Assembly: GCA_965209055.1 (NCBI GenBank)
Contig: OZ242374.1
Coordinates: 2,432,001-2,496,000, forward strand
Direction: 5' to 3'
DNA length: 64,000 bases
Origin: Acidobacteriota bacterium
GTDB lineage: Bacteria > Acidobacteriota > UBA6911 > RPQK01 > JAJDTT01
The notes under the pieces are model-generated. The model was given only the letters and a program-made list of their open reading frames with translations. It ran no database searches and was not told the DNA's origin. A program made the translations under genes and the position numbers. This document shows, piece after piece, positions 29,146 through 38,900 of this stretch (its first letter is position 1; the number at the start of each line of letters is the position of its first letter).

Positions 29146-29823
29146 TCACCCGCCGCCGAGAGGCCGCCTGTGGAGACGGGGCACGGGCATTTCGAAGTGG
29201 ACGTCTTCCTGAAGCTGAATGGTCAGAGTGGAGCCCCGGGGCAGGACGACGTCCTCTCCCCGCTTCAAGAGCGCCATAATTCCGCCCACGGCGGCGCCGA
29301 TGGCGGCGCCCGCTGCGGCGCCGCGGCCCATGCGGCCCCGCATGGCGCCGGCAGTGACTCCCACAATGGTCCCGGTCACCGCTCCTCCGGCAGCGCCCGC
29401 CAGGACCTCGCCTGTCGCGCCTCCCTCGCCCTGGATCGTACCCTCTTCGCCGTCCAGATCCGTGGCGTACCCTTCCGAGGTCTGCACACCGGCTCTCATG
29501 TAGCGTGTCGTCCCATCGGGGAGGATCACGGTGTCGAACTTCAGCGTCAGTTCCGCCTTGCCCTTGAGCCGCCCCGCGCGCTTGCTCCTGTCCACGTAGC
29601 CGATGATGTAGCTGCCCACGGGTATCACGATCCGGTCGTGGGCGGTGACGGGGACCTGGACCTGGCTGGAAAACTTGTCTCCGGAGCGGGCCGACTTGGT
29701 GTTCAGGGTCTGCTGCAGGCTGATGAAGACAGCGGACTTTCCGGGAATGATGGTGTCGTCGATGCTCTGACCGCTGAGCGGAATCGTGCTCAGGAGTCCA
29801 GTTGCGAGAAGGCGTTTGATCAT
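29146..29823 (-). CDS. Secreted TrbI/VirB10-like beta-barrel protein with a glycine-zipper segment
   Basis: Signal peptide, TIIPG, ARSGDKF, IVIPVGS, AGRLKGKAEL, GAAGGA/GAAIGA zipper, RGEDVVLPRGS. Confidence 0.7.
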   Translation of the reverse strand: MIKRLLATGLLSTIPLSGQSIDDTIIPGKSAVFISLQQTLNTKSARSGDKFSSQVQVPVTAHDRIVIPVGSYIIGYVDRSKRAGRLKGKAELTLKFDTVILPDGTTRYMRAGVQTSEGYATDLDGEEGTIQGEGGATGEVLAGAAGGAVTGTIVGVTAGAMRGRMGRGAAAGAAIGAAVGGIMALLKRGEDVVLPRGSTLTIQLQEDVHFEMPVPRLHRRPLGGG

Positions 29824-30007
29824 ACCAATCTCTCCTCCGCCGGCTTGGGCCGTTCGGGACGGCGTGAGGTCTTTCCCGGACCCAAGCCGCATTGATGGGG
29901 TGAGTCTGCTACCGACTCCTCATGCTTAGATTGTACGGGATGCAAAGGGGTTCACCAGGCGTCCGGAGGCCCCCCTTCCGGTGCGGTGGATAGGGATCCG
30001 GACAGAG

Positions 30008-30400
30008 TCACGAACTGGACGACTCGTCTTCATCCGGCCCGCCGGATCCGAAGATCTCGTGGACGGCGGCGATTCCCTCCCAGGCCGCCGGAAACCCGGC
30101 GTAAGGCGCAATGTGAAGCAGGGTCTCCACGATCTCCCGCCGGGTGGCTCCGTTGCGGCGGGCCATGCGGATGTTCAGGTCCAGGCCTCGCTGCCGCCCC
30201 AGCGCCGCCAGGGCGGCGATGGTGCACAGGCTCTTGGTGCGCCGGTCGAGACCGGGCCGGGCCCAGATTTCTCCCGAGAGGAAGCCGATGACGTAGGCTT
30301 CGAAATCGGGTGAGATCTCCTGCCACGCGCGTTGGACCTGCGCGGCCTGATCCTCTCCCAGCATCTCCTTGAGAATCCGGAGTCCCCGTTCCCTGTTCAT
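30008..30400 (-). CDS. Carboxymuconolactone decarboxylase family protein
   Basis: GEIWARPGLDRRTKSLCTIAALAALG, EIVETLLHIAPYAGFPA. Confidence 0.9.
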   Translation of the reverse strand: MNRERGLRILKEMLGEDQAAQVQRAWQEISPDFEAYVIGFLSGEIWARPGLDRRTKSLCTIAALAALGRQRGLDLNIRMARRNGATRREIVETLLHIAPYAGFPAAWEGIAAVHEIFGSGGPDEDESSSS

Positions 30401-30410
30401 GTGTGCTCCT

Positions 30411-31187
30411 TCACAGATTCAGACCGGCGCAGACGTGAATGGCCTGGCCGGTGACGCTCCGGGAGGCGTCCGACGCCAGGAACAGGACCATGTCGGTGAT
30501 GTCCTCGGGAGGGATCATGCGCCGGAGAGCGATGTGGTCCGTGAACTCCGCCCTCACCTCGGTGTCGGATAGACCCGTGGCCAGGCGCCGGTCCCGGAGG
30601 ACCCGTTCGATTCGATCCCCTTCCACGGGACCGGGGCAGATGGCGTTGGATCGGACGTTGTAGGGTCCCAACTCGACCGCCAGTGTCCGGCTCAACCCCA
30701 CGACGGCCCACTTGGAGGCGACGTAGGGCGCCCTCAGCGGCAGACCGATACGGCCCGCCATGGACGAGATGTTCACGATGGATCCGGACCGCCGGGCCAT
30801 CATGTGGCGATAGACGGCCTTGGCGCAGAGGAAGGAGCCGGTCAGGTTGACTGCGATCACCTGCTCCCAGTCCTCCAAGGCGACTTCGGAAACGGGCGCC
30901 GTGGGACCGGCGATCCCCGCATTGTTCACCAGGACGTCGATACAACCCCACTGATTCAGGATCGCGGCCACCGCCCGCTCGATTTGCTGAGGCCGGGTCA
31001 GATCCAGGTCGATGGCCAGCGCCTCCCCTCCCTGGTCTTCGATGTCCCGTGTGGTTTCCTCGACGCCCTCGATGTCGGTGACCGCCACCCGGTAGCCATG
31101 CTCCGACAGGGCGAGGCTGATCTTCCGGCCCAGGCCCACTCCGCCGCCGGTGACCATGGCCGTACGCCGAGTGTCCGTGTTTCCCAT
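30411..31187 (-). CDS. SDR family oxidoreductase
   Basis: TGGGVGLG, NNAGIAGPT, YVASK, NAICPG. Start ATG at 31187 overlaps the hisG stop (TGATG). Confidence 0.9.
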   Translation of the reverse strand: MGNTDTRRTAMVTGGGVGLGRKISLALSEHGYRVAVTDIEGVEETTRDIEDQGGEALAIDLDLTRPQQIERAVAAILNQWGCIDVLVNNAGIAGPTAPVSEVALEDWEQVIAVNLTGSFLCAKAVYRHMMARRSGSIVNISSMAGRIGLPLRAPYVASKWAVVGLSRTLAVELGPYNVRSNAICPGPVEGDRIERVLRDRRLATGLSDTEVRAEFTDHIALRRMIPPEDITDMVLFLASDASRSVTGQAIHVCAGLNL

Positions 31188-32065
31188 CAGTCGATGATCT
31201 TGTTGAGAGGATACTCCACGATTCCCACCGCGCCGGCCGCCCGAACCCGGGGCACGATGTCCCGCACCACCGCCTCGTCGATGATGGTGTTGACGGCGGT
31301 CCAGCCCTCGGCCGACAGAGACGAGATGGTGGGTTTCTGGAGAGCGGGCAGGATTTCCAGGACCGCTTCGACGGAATCCCTGGGAACGTTCATCATCATT
31401 CCCACCTTGCCCTCGGCGGCCATGGCTCCCCGCAGCATGAGCGAAATATTCTCGATCTTCTGCCGCTTCCAGGGGTCTTCCCACGCGTCCTGGTTGGCGA
31501 TGAGCCGTGGCGTGCTCACCAGGATCGTATCGATGACCCTGAGGTTGTTGGCGCGCAGGGAGGAACCGGTCTCGGTCACCTCCACGATGGCGTCGGCCAG
31601 GCGGGGAGGCTTCACCTCGGTGGCGCCCCAGGAGAACTCCACGTGCGCTTCCACGCCGTGGCGTTTCAGATAGGCCCGGGTCAGGTTGACCCCCTCGGTG
31701 GCGATATGCTTGCCGGCCAGATCCGCCGGTTCGCGTATGGGAGAGTCCTCGGGAACGGCCAGGACCCAACGCACCGGCTTCCGGCTCACCTTGGAGAAGA
31801 CCAACTCGGCGACTTCGACCACTTGGGCTTCATTCTCCACGATCCAGTCATGCCCGGTCAGACCGGCGTCCATGACTCCATCTTGCACGTAGCGGGCCAT
31901 TTCCTGGGCCCGGATCAGGATGCACTCGATCTCCGGGTCGTCGATGGACGGATAGTAGGACCGGGAGCGGAACCGGATCTGGTATCCGGCCTTGGCGAAG
32001 AGCTGGGCCGTCGCTTCCTGGAGGCTGCCCGCGGGAATTCCCAACGTCAGGATTCGTTCGCTCAT
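31187..32065 (-). CDS. hisG: ATP phosphoribosyltransferase, long form
   Basis: [44 protein letters not shown], plus the C-terminal regulatory domain with PTIS. Confidence 0.96.
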   Translation of the reverse strand: MSERILTLGIPAGSLQEATAQLFAKAGYQIRFRSRSYYPSIDDPEIECILIRAQEMARYVQDGVMDAGLTGHDWIVENEAQVVEVAELVFSKVSRKPVRWVLAVPEDSPIREPADLAGKHIATEGVNLTRAYLKRHGVEAHVEFSWGATEVKPPRLADAIVEVTETGSSLRANNLRVIDTILVSTPRLIANQDAWEDPWKRQKIENISLMLRGAMAAEGKVGMMMNVPRDSVEAVLEILPALQKPTISSLSAEGWTAVNTIIDEAVVRDIVPRVRAAGAVGIVEYPLNKIID

Positions 32066-32460
32066 TTGGATTTCCCGCTCCCGTAGACCTCGGATGGATC
32101 GAATACCGGCTCCGCAACGACGGACAGCTTGCCGTCATCCACCACTCGAAAAAAACAACTCCTGTAGCCCTTGTGGCAGGCGGCGCCTCCCACCTGAGTG
32201 ACCCGGACCAGAATTGTGTCGGAGTCGCAGTCCACATGAACCGAATGGATCCGCTGCACGTGTCCGCTCTCTTCTCCCTTCCGCCAGAGGCGGTCGCGGC
32301 TGCGCGAGTAATAGCAGACCCGGCCGGTGCGGAGCGACTCCTCCAGCGCCTCCGGGTTCATGTAGGCCAGCATGAGGACGTCGCCCGTCTCGTCATCCTG
32401 GGCGATGACGGGGACGAGCCCTCCCTGCTTGTCGAAGTCGATCTGGTCCTGAAGCGACAC
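32062..32460 (-). CDS. hisI: Phosphoribosyl-AMP cyclohydrolase (monofunctional)
   Basis: [41 protein letters not shown] start after AGGAAGG. Confidence 0.95.
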   Translation of the reverse strand: MSLQDQIDFDKQGGLVPVIAQDDETGDVLMLAYMNPEALEESLRTGRVCYYSRSRDRLWRKGEESGHVQRIHSVHVDCDSDTILVRVTQVGGAACHKGYRSCFFRVVDDGKLSVVAEPVFDPSEVYGSGKSK

Positions 32461-32462
32461 GT

Positions 32463-33503
32463 TCAACCTTCCTTTCCCGCAGTGTCGAACATGGGTGCCA
32501 AGTCCCGGTGGTGATAGAAGAGCGCCGGTGTTCCGCCGGTGTGCACGAAGACGAGATTCTGGCCCTTCCGCCACCGGCCCCGCCGAACGTCCGCCACGAG
32601 AGCCCCCATGGCCTTGCCCGTATAGATGGGATCCAGCAGGATCCCCTCCTGCCGGGCCAACAGCGAGATGGCTTCCAGTCCTTCGGGGGTCGGGATACCG
32701 TATCCGGCGCCGATGTAATCGGGGCTCGCCTGAATGTCCTCCAGCGTCACGGCCGGTTCGAGTCCCATCAGCTCGGCCGCGCCGTTGGCCAGTTTGGCCA
32801 TGTACTCAGCCGTATCGAAAGGCCATTCGATGGGCATGATCGCCTCCAGAACCGCCTCCCATTGAAGCAGTTTCCGGCCCAGGAACATCCCCGCTCCGGT
32901 GGAGCCGCTGGAGGAGAAATAGACGGCGTCGGCCCGGACGTTCTGCTCGTCCAACTGGTCCCGGAGCTCCATAAAAGCCCCGGTGTAACTCACGGAGGCC
33001 GCGAACCGCGACGGCGGGTCGGCGATGGTGAAGACCCTTTTCCCCTCGTCCCTCAGGCTGTCGGACTTTTCCTTGATCTTGTTCCAAAGCGGGGGACCCA
33101 TGGGTTCCGAGTTGAGCTCGATCCGGGCCCCGACCAGATGATCCAGGAGGAAGTTTCCCTGGAACTCCATCTCGGCGTGATCCGTGGTCAGGACCAAGTG
33201 GCATTCCAGGCCGAGCTTGGCCGCGGCGGCGGCGGTCTGACGGCAGTTGTTGGACTGGATTCCGGCTCCCCAGACCAACGTGTCGGCGCCTTCCTCCAGG
33301 GCCCGGCCCAGGATGAACTCGTTGTGCCGGGCCTTGTTGCCGCCGAAGGCCAGACCGGTGCAGTCGTCCCGTTTGATGAAGATCCGGGGACCGCCCAGCG
33401 CGGCGCTCAGCCGCGGAAGTTCTTCCAGAGGTGTGGGCAGATGGGCCAGGGAAACCCGGGGAAGACGGTCAATCCTGTCTCGAAGTTCCTGGGGACTGAT
33501 CAT
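32463..33503 (-). CDS. D-cysteine desulfhydrase/ACC deaminase family PLP enzyme
   Basis: [39 protein letters not shown]. Confidence 0.9.
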   Translation of the reverse strand: MISPQELRDRIDRLPRVSLAHLPTPLEELPRLSAALGGPRIFIKRDDCTGLAFGGNKARHNEFILGRALEEGADTLVWGAGIQSNNCRQTAAAAAKLGLECHLVLTTDHAEMEFQGNFLLDHLVGARIELNSEPMGPPLWNKIKEKSDSLRDEGKRVFTIADPPSRFAASVSYTGAFMELRDQLDEQNVRADAVYFSSSGSTGAGMFLGRKLLQWEAVLEAIMPIEWPFDTAEYMAKLANGAAELMGLEPAVTLEDIQASPDYIGAGYGIPTPEGLEAISLLARQEGILLDPIYTGKAMGALVADVRRGRWRKGQNLVFVHTGGTPALFYHHRDLAPMFDTAGKEG

Positions 33504-33595
33504 TTCGGGAGTCGATGGTTTGGAGTTTAGAAACTGCGACGAAACTTTCCGTGTTGCCGGCCGAGGCGCCCGCCGACGGCTGACGCCCCCTAGTT

Positions 33596-33660
33596 TAACA
33601 GCCTGTGGTGAAACTACCCCAAGAGTCGGTCGTATTTCGGCGGAAAATCGGGTCGCGCGC
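33596..33660. mobile_element. Possible solitary IS/MITE terminus
   Basis: TAACAGCCTGTGGTGAAACT (33596-33615) matches the end of the split repeat, TAGCAGTCCGTGGTGAAAGT, at 16 of 20 positions. No partner end seen. Confidence 0.4.
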
Positions 33661-33662
33661 CG

Positions 33663-35252
33663 CTATTGGGGCGCGGCCTCCCTGGCGTGGGTGTACAGCA
33701 ACCTGCCCTTTTCGTCGTAGAAGGTGAAATCCATGCGGGCCCGCCCCTCGCCGGTCCGGCCGATCTTCATGAGCAGGAAACCGCCGGTGGGCTCCTCGTA
33801 GTGGTAGGGCTGTTTCACTTTTCCCTCGGGGTCCGAAGACTTGGGGTCGCCCGGAAAGTACCCGATGATGGCGTTGGCGTCGATCATCGCGCCGACGGAG
33901 AATTCCTGGAAGCCGGAGGGGTGGATGGCGTGGTATTGCCAGTGGCGGTCCCCGCAGATGATGACGAATCGTTCGGGAGAGAACCGGTTTTCCGTCAACC
34001 AGCGGAAGAACTCGTTGCCTTCATGGCGGAATCCCCCGGGATTGACGTGGTTGTCCCGCTTATACTCGTAGCCGGGTCCCACCATGGGGGTCGCGGAGAG
34101 AAGGACCTTGAAGGTGGCGTCGCTTTCCAGCAGGGTCCGCTTGAGCCACTCCTTTTGCTCCTTTCCCCAGATCGTCTTCTGGGGACCGTCGGGAAAGTCG
34201 TTGGGGCTGCGGTAGTCGCGTCCCTCCACCATCCAGATCTGCAGGTCCCGGTTCACTCTTCTGGTGAAGTAGGTCACCGTATCGGACCCCTGCGGATCGA
34301 CGACGGGATACTGTTCCCTGAACATCCGGACCCCCAGCTCGTGGGAAGGAGCGTGGCCGGATCCGGAGTGCGTCGGGTAGAGGTTCTCCTTGGGGTAGGC
34401 CCCGATCCTGTCCTGGGCGTAGACGCGGACCGGGTTCACCGGATCGGAGTCGTTGAACCGGTAGTCGTGGTCGTCTTTCATCCAGTAGGTGGCCACCTGT
34501 GCGAACAGGTCCAGGAATCTTTGCTGCGAGTACTGCTCCTGGTGCTTCATCCGCAACTGGTGCTGCGTCTCCGCCCGTCCTCTCATCTGGTGGCCGCTTC
34601 CGGGGCCGTCGTAATAGACGTTGTCTCCCAGTCCCACGAAGAAATCGGGCTCCAAGGCCAGGATTGTCGCCAACGCCGGATAGCCCAGCGCCTTGTCCGG
34701 TCCGCTGTAAGGCGGTTGGGAACCGCTGCCGGTGTAGTGGAATTTGCTGTAGTGCATGCAGGTGGAGAGGGCGAAGCTGTAGGAGCCCTGTCCGGTTTCC
34801 CCGCCCAGGGTGGTGAACGCCGCCGCCGCCGATTTCTCGAGACGTGACTTGTCCGGTCCGTAGGCCAGGCGGTAGTGGTAGCGGGTTTCCGGCCGCAGCC
34901 CTTCCACCTTCACCTTCACGATGAAGTCGTTTTCCGGGAGGGCGGTGAGCCATTCGGTCCGGATCGGGTCCTTGAAATCGGCTCCCATCGCCACCTCGAA
35001 GCGGGCGACTCCCTCGATGCCCAAAACCCCCGACCAGCGGCGGTCGACGACACGGTTCGTCGAGGTCAGGCGCGACTGGAGGATGGCCGACGTGTCATCC
35101 ACGGCTCCCGCCATCAGACCGTGGCCCAGTTCCATGGGAAAGGGGTCGCCGGACTGGGAGAAACCCAAGGTGCCCGGGACCAGGAATGCAACCAGCGTGC
35201 AGATCCGGGCCAGGCGGCCGATTCTTTCTGTAAGTTCCTGGAAAATGATCAT
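33663..35252 (-). CDS. PhoD-like alkaline phosphatase D family metallophosphoesterase, paralog 1
   Basis: Signal peptide, Fn3-like GLRPETRYHYR, GDNVYYD, DDHD, GKEQKEWL, GDRH. Confidence 0.88.
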   Translation of the reverse strand: MIIFQELTERIGRLARICTLVAFLVPGTLGFSQSGDPFPMELGHGLMAGAVDDTSAILQSRLTSTNRVVDRRWSGVLGIEGVARFEVAMGADFKDPIRTEWLTALPENDFIVKVKVEGLRPETRYHYRLAYGPDKSRLEKSAAAAFTTLGGETGQGSYSFALSTCMHYSKFHYTGSGSQPPYSGPDKALGYPALATILALEPDFFVGLGDNVYYDGPGSGHQMRGRAETQHQLRMKHQEQYSQQRFLDLFAQVATYWMKDDHDYRFNDSDPVNPVRVYAQDRIGAYPKENLYPTHSGSGHAPSHELGVRMFREQYPVVDPQGSDTVTYFTRRVNRDLQIWMVEGRDYRSPNDFPDGPQKTIWGKEQKEWLKRTLLESDATFKVLLSATPMVGPGYEYKRDNHVNPGGFRHEGNEFFRWLTENRFSPERFVIICGDRHWQYHAIHPSGFQEFSVGAMIDANAIIGYFPGDPKSSDPEGKVKQPYHYEEPTGGFLLMKIGRTGEGRARMDFTFYDEKGRLLYTHAREAAPQ

Positions 35253-36839
35253 TTAGTCTGGTCCGGCCTCCTTGGCGTGGGTGTAGAGGACATGGCCCTT
35301 TTCGTCGTGGAAGGTGAAATCCATGCGGGCCCGTCCCCCGCCGGTCTGGCCGATCTTCATGATCAGGAAACCGCCGGTGGGTTCCTCGAAATGATAGGGA
35401 TGCTTGATCTTTCCCTCGGGGTCCGACGATTTGGGGTCGCCGGGAAAGAATCCCAGAATCGCATTGGAGTCGTCCATCGCGCCGACGGAGAATTCCTGAA
35501 AGCCGGAGGGGTGGACGGCGTGATACTGCCAGTGCCGGTCACCGCAGACGATCATGAAGCGGTCCGGAGAGAAACCCTTGTCCGTCAGCCAGCGGAAGAA
35601 CTCGTCGCCCTCGGTTTGAAATCCTCCCGGGTTGACGTGGTTGTCGCGCTTTGCGGCGTAGTCGGGTCCCACCATGGGGGTCGCCGAGAGGAGAACCTTG
35701 AAGGTGGCGTCGCTCTCCAGCAGGGTCCGTTGCAGCCATTCCTTCTGTTCTTTCCCCCAGATCGTCTTTTGGGGACCGTCGGGGGAGTCGTTGGGACTGC
35801 GGTATTCGCGTCCCTCCACGATCCAGATCTGCAGGTCCCGGTTCACTCGCCGAGTGGAGTAGGTCACCGCGCCGGACGCCCGTGGATCGGCCACGGGAAG
35901 CTGCTCCCGGAACATCCGCGCGCCGAGTTCATGGGTCGGGTCGTGGCCGGAACCGGAGTGCTTCGGGAAGAGGTTCTCCTTGGGATAGGTTCCCGAATTC
36001 GACTCGTCATAAATATGGATACGGACCGGATTGACCGGATCGGAGTCGTTGAACCGGTAGTCGTGGTCGTCCTTCAACCAGTAGGTGGCCACTCGGGCGA
36101 ACAAGTCCGGGAACCTCTGCTGCGAGAACTGCTCGTGGTACTTCATCCGCAACTGGTGCTGCGTCTCCGCCCGCCCTCTCATGTCCTGGTCGGCGCCGGG
36201 GACGTCGTAGTAGACGTTGTCGCCCAGGCCCACGAAGAAGTCGGGTTCCAAGGCCAGGATGGCGGCCAGAGCGGGATAGCCCAGCTCCTTGTCCGGTCCG
36301 CTGTAGGGTGGTTTGGAACCGTGGCCCGTGTAGTGGAAATAGGTGTAGTTCATGCAGGCGGCCAGGGCGAAGCTGTAGGAGACCTGCCCGTCGGGTCCGC
36401 CCATAGTGGTGAAAATCGCGGGAGGCGATTTCTTGAGCCGCGACTTGTCCGGTCCGTAGACCAGGCGATAGTGGTAGCGGGTCTCCGGCCGAAGCCCTTC
36501 CACCTTGACCTTCACGATGAAGTCGTTCTCCGGGAGGGCGGCGAGCCACGCGGTCCGGATCGGGTCCTTGAAATCGGCCCCGGTTGCCACCTCGAAACGG
36601 GAGATTCCCCTGATCCCCAGGACGCCCGACCAGCGGGGGTCGACGAGACTCTCGGTCGAGGTGAGGCGGGACTGGAGAATCGCCGAAGTATCGTCCACGG
36701 CGCCCGCCATCAGACCCTGGGCCAGTTGCACGGGAAAGGGGTCCCCGGACTGGGAAAAACCCGGATTTCCCATGGCCAGGAAGAGGACAAGAGCGGGGAG
36801 CCGAATCTGGCAGGATCGGCGGGTGATATCGGTGGTCAT
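35253..36839 (-). CDS. PhoD-like alkaline phosphatase D family metallophosphoesterase, paralog 2
   Basis: Same motifs and collinear with paralog 1. GGAGG precedes ATG 36839. The leader contains TRR. Confidence 0.88.
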   Translation of the reverse strand: MTTDITRRSCQIRLPALVLFLAMGNPGFSQSGDPFPVQLAQGLMAGAVDDTSAILQSRLTSTESLVDPRWSGVLGIRGISRFEVATGADFKDPIRTAWLAALPENDFIVKVKVEGLRPETRYHYRLVYGPDKSRLKKSPPAIFTTMGGPDGQVSYSFALAACMNYTYFHYTGHGSKPPYSGPDKELGYPALAAILALEPDFFVGLGDNVYYDVPGADQDMRGRAETQHQLRMKYHEQFSQQRFPDLFARVATYWLKDDHDYRFNDSDPVNPVRIHIYDESNSGTYPKENLFPKHSGSGHDPTHELGARMFREQLPVADPRASGAVTYSTRRVNRDLQIWIVEGREYRSPNDSPDGPQKTIWGKEQKEWLQRTLLESDATFKVLLSATPMVGPDYAAKRDNHVNPGGFQTEGDEFFRWLTDKGFSPDRFMIVCGDRHWQYHAVHPSGFQEFSVGAMDDSNAILGFFPGDPKSSDPEGKIKHPYHFEEPTGGFLIMKIGQTGGGRARMDFTFHDEKGHVLYTHAKEAGPD

Positions 36840-36882
36840 GGCGTCCTCCAATTCCCGGAATCATAACCGATTTGGGGCGGCA

Positions 36883-36960
36883 GGAGGCGTTCTCCAAATC
36901 GCCCGGTCTTCGGCACCAAATCGTTCCTCCGGAGTTCGGCGGCTAGGCAACCGCCGCTCC
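36883..36960. repeat. REP doublet (REPIN), degenerate copy 3
   Basis: CCGGAGTTCGGCGGCTAGGCAACCGCCGCTCC closely matches 17401-17431. The left half is degenerate (GGAGGCGTTCTCCAAATCGCCC). Confidence 0.6.
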
Positions 36961-37010
36961 AAGTCGCGGCTCCAGACTTGCTATACTCGCTGATCGATAC
37001 CGGCAAACCC

Positions 37011-37769
37011 ATGTTGAACCTGGAAAACAGGACCGCCCTGATGGTGGGGACGAAGCGGATGGGCGGCGTTGTGGCGCGGCGTCTGGCTCAGGCGGGCGTT
37101 CGGCTGGCGCTCAGCTACCGGGGTTCCAAGCGTGCCGCCGAGGTGCTTCAGGCGGAGTTGGAGCCTCTGACCCGAACCTGTCTGGTCCAGGCTGACGTGA
37201 GCCGGCCCGACGACGTGGATCGTCTGATGCGGACGGTCCGGGCGGAACTCGGGGACCTCTCCTTTCTCGTCAACCTGGCGTCGGGATTTCCGCGGGCTCC
37301 CTTGGATTCGTTGGACGCGGCCGCCTGGGAAGCCGCGGAGCCGGCGGCCCGGGCCAACTATCTCCTGGCGGTCCACGCTTCCCGTATCATGCGGCGGAAC
37401 CCGGGTCCGACCCGGGGACACCTGGTCTTCTTCAGCGACTGGGCCGCCGGAGGGACTCCCTACCGGAACTACCTCCCCTATCTCACCTCCAAGGCGTCCA
37501 TCGACTTCATGACCCGCGCCTTCGCCGCCGAACTGGCTCCCCACGGCATTCTGGTCAACGCCATCGCTCCGGGCCCCACCATGCGCCCGCCGGAAATCAG
37601 CCGTGAGGACTGGGACCGCAGCGTGATCGCCCGGACACCCCTCCGGCGCGAGTCCGCTGCCGGCGAGATCGCCGAGATGATCGTGACCCTCCTGAAGAGC
37701 GAGACCATTACGGGCGAAACCATCCGGATCGACGCCGGCCGCCATCTGGCGGGTCCGGGAGTGGATTGA
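37011..37769 (+). CDS. SDR oxidoreductase, pteridine reductase/FolM-like
   Basis: VGTKRMG, YRGS, NLAS, SDWA, YLTSK, VNAIAPG, IDAGRH. Confidence 0.8.
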   Translation: MLNLENRTALMVGTKRMGGVVARRLAQAGVRLALSYRGSKRAAEVLQAELEPLTRTCLVQADVSRPDDVDRLMRTVRAELGDLSFLVNLASGFPRAPLDSLDAAAWEAAEPAARANYLLAVHASRIMRRNPGPTRGHLVFFSDWAAGGTPYRNYLPYLTSKASIDFMTRAFAAELAPHGILVNAIAPGPTMRPPEISREDWDRSVIARTPLRRESAAGEIAEMIVTLLKSETITGETIRIDAGRHLAGPGVD

Positions 37770-37838
37770 TTCCCCCGCCCGCACATTCGGTCCGCAGCCG
37801 AAACTTGCAAGTTCAAGACCGTAATTGCAGTCTAAGCA

Positions 37839-38849
37839 ATGATGTTGCGGTTGATCGGCGCATCGTGTTTTTCACTGATTCTCGTGGCCGAAGCCGTCTC
37901 CGGGGAGACCTCGCTCACCTGGTCCAGGGGCCCCGATCTGGACCTTCCCAGGGGCGGCTACAGCGCCGTCGTCTACCAGGAGGGAATTCTCGTCGCCGGG
38001 GGAGCCTACTGGCGGGAAGGCGAGAAACTCTGGACGGATCGAGTCGACTTCTACGATCCGGAAGCCGAAAGGTGGTCCCAGCGGCCGTCTCTGCCGGAAC
38101 CTCTGGGTTACGGTGGAATGGTCCGGATCGGGGAGGAGATCTACCTGTTGGGCGGAGGCAACGGTCCGCAGCCGCAACGCCAGGTCTTCAAGCTGACGGA
38201 AGGAGGCTGGTCCGTGGCGGGACAGAATCCGGCGCCGCGCTATTTGGCAACGGTGGTGGCCGTCGGATCCACCATCTACCAGGTGGCGGGAAGCCACAGC
38301 ATGACCGATCTGGACCGTTGTACCGATGAGGTCTGGTCCCTGGACATTGCGACCGGCGATTGGCAGAGGTTGGCGCCGATTCCGGGACCGCCCCGGATGA
38401 TTCACGCAGCCGCCGTACTCGGGAGCTCGGTGTACATCTTCGGAGGCTCCACCAAGGAACTGGGGCAGCAGTTGCGGAACCTGGACGACGCCTACCGGTT
38501 CGACACCGGGACGGGGCAATGGAGCCTGTTGGGTCCGGCTCCGGTGGCGGCCCGGGCCTGGTGGGCGGAACCGGTGGGCGAACTGATCTACCTGTCCGGC
38601 GGGTACGCCCGGACGTTTCTGGGAACCGTCTACGAATACGATCCTTCCGGAGACACCTACACCCTGGTTTCCAGCTTTGAGCCGGGCCTGGCGGATACCG
38701 AGTTCCTGCACCTGGACGGAGCCTTCTACGGAATCTCCGGCGAAGACAAGGGCCGGTCCCGCTTCCCCGGGCTTCTCGTCGGCCGATTTCCGGAGGACCC
38801 GTCCGGGGAGGAGTCCGCAGAAGAGTCCGGGGAACCCTCCGGCGAGTAG
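37839..38849 (+). CDS. Secreted Kelch-repeat beta-propeller protein
   Basis: Signal peptide and repeated GG...Y/FDP...W blades (LVAGG, YLLGG, YIFGG, YLSGG). Confidence 0.85.
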   Translation: MMLRLIGASCFSLILVAEAVSGETSLTWSRGPDLDLPRGGYSAVVYQEGILVAGGAYWREGEKLWTDRVDFYDPEAERWSQRPSLPEPLGYGGMVRIGEEIYLLGGGNGPQPQRQVFKLTEGGWSVAGQNPAPRYLATVVAVGSTIYQVAGSHSMTDLDRCTDEVWSLDIATGDWQRLAPIPGPPRMIHAAAVLGSSVYIFGGSTKELGQQLRNLDDAYRFDTGTGQWSLLGPAPVAARAWWAEPVGELIYLSGGYARTFLGTVYEYDPSGDTYTLVSSFEPGLADTEFLHLDGAFYGISGEDKGRSRFPGLLVGRFPEDPSGEESAEESGEPSGE

Positions 38850-38900
38850 CCGAAGGACCGCCTTTCCCGTTTCCAGAGCCTCATTCATTCCCGGTGGCCG

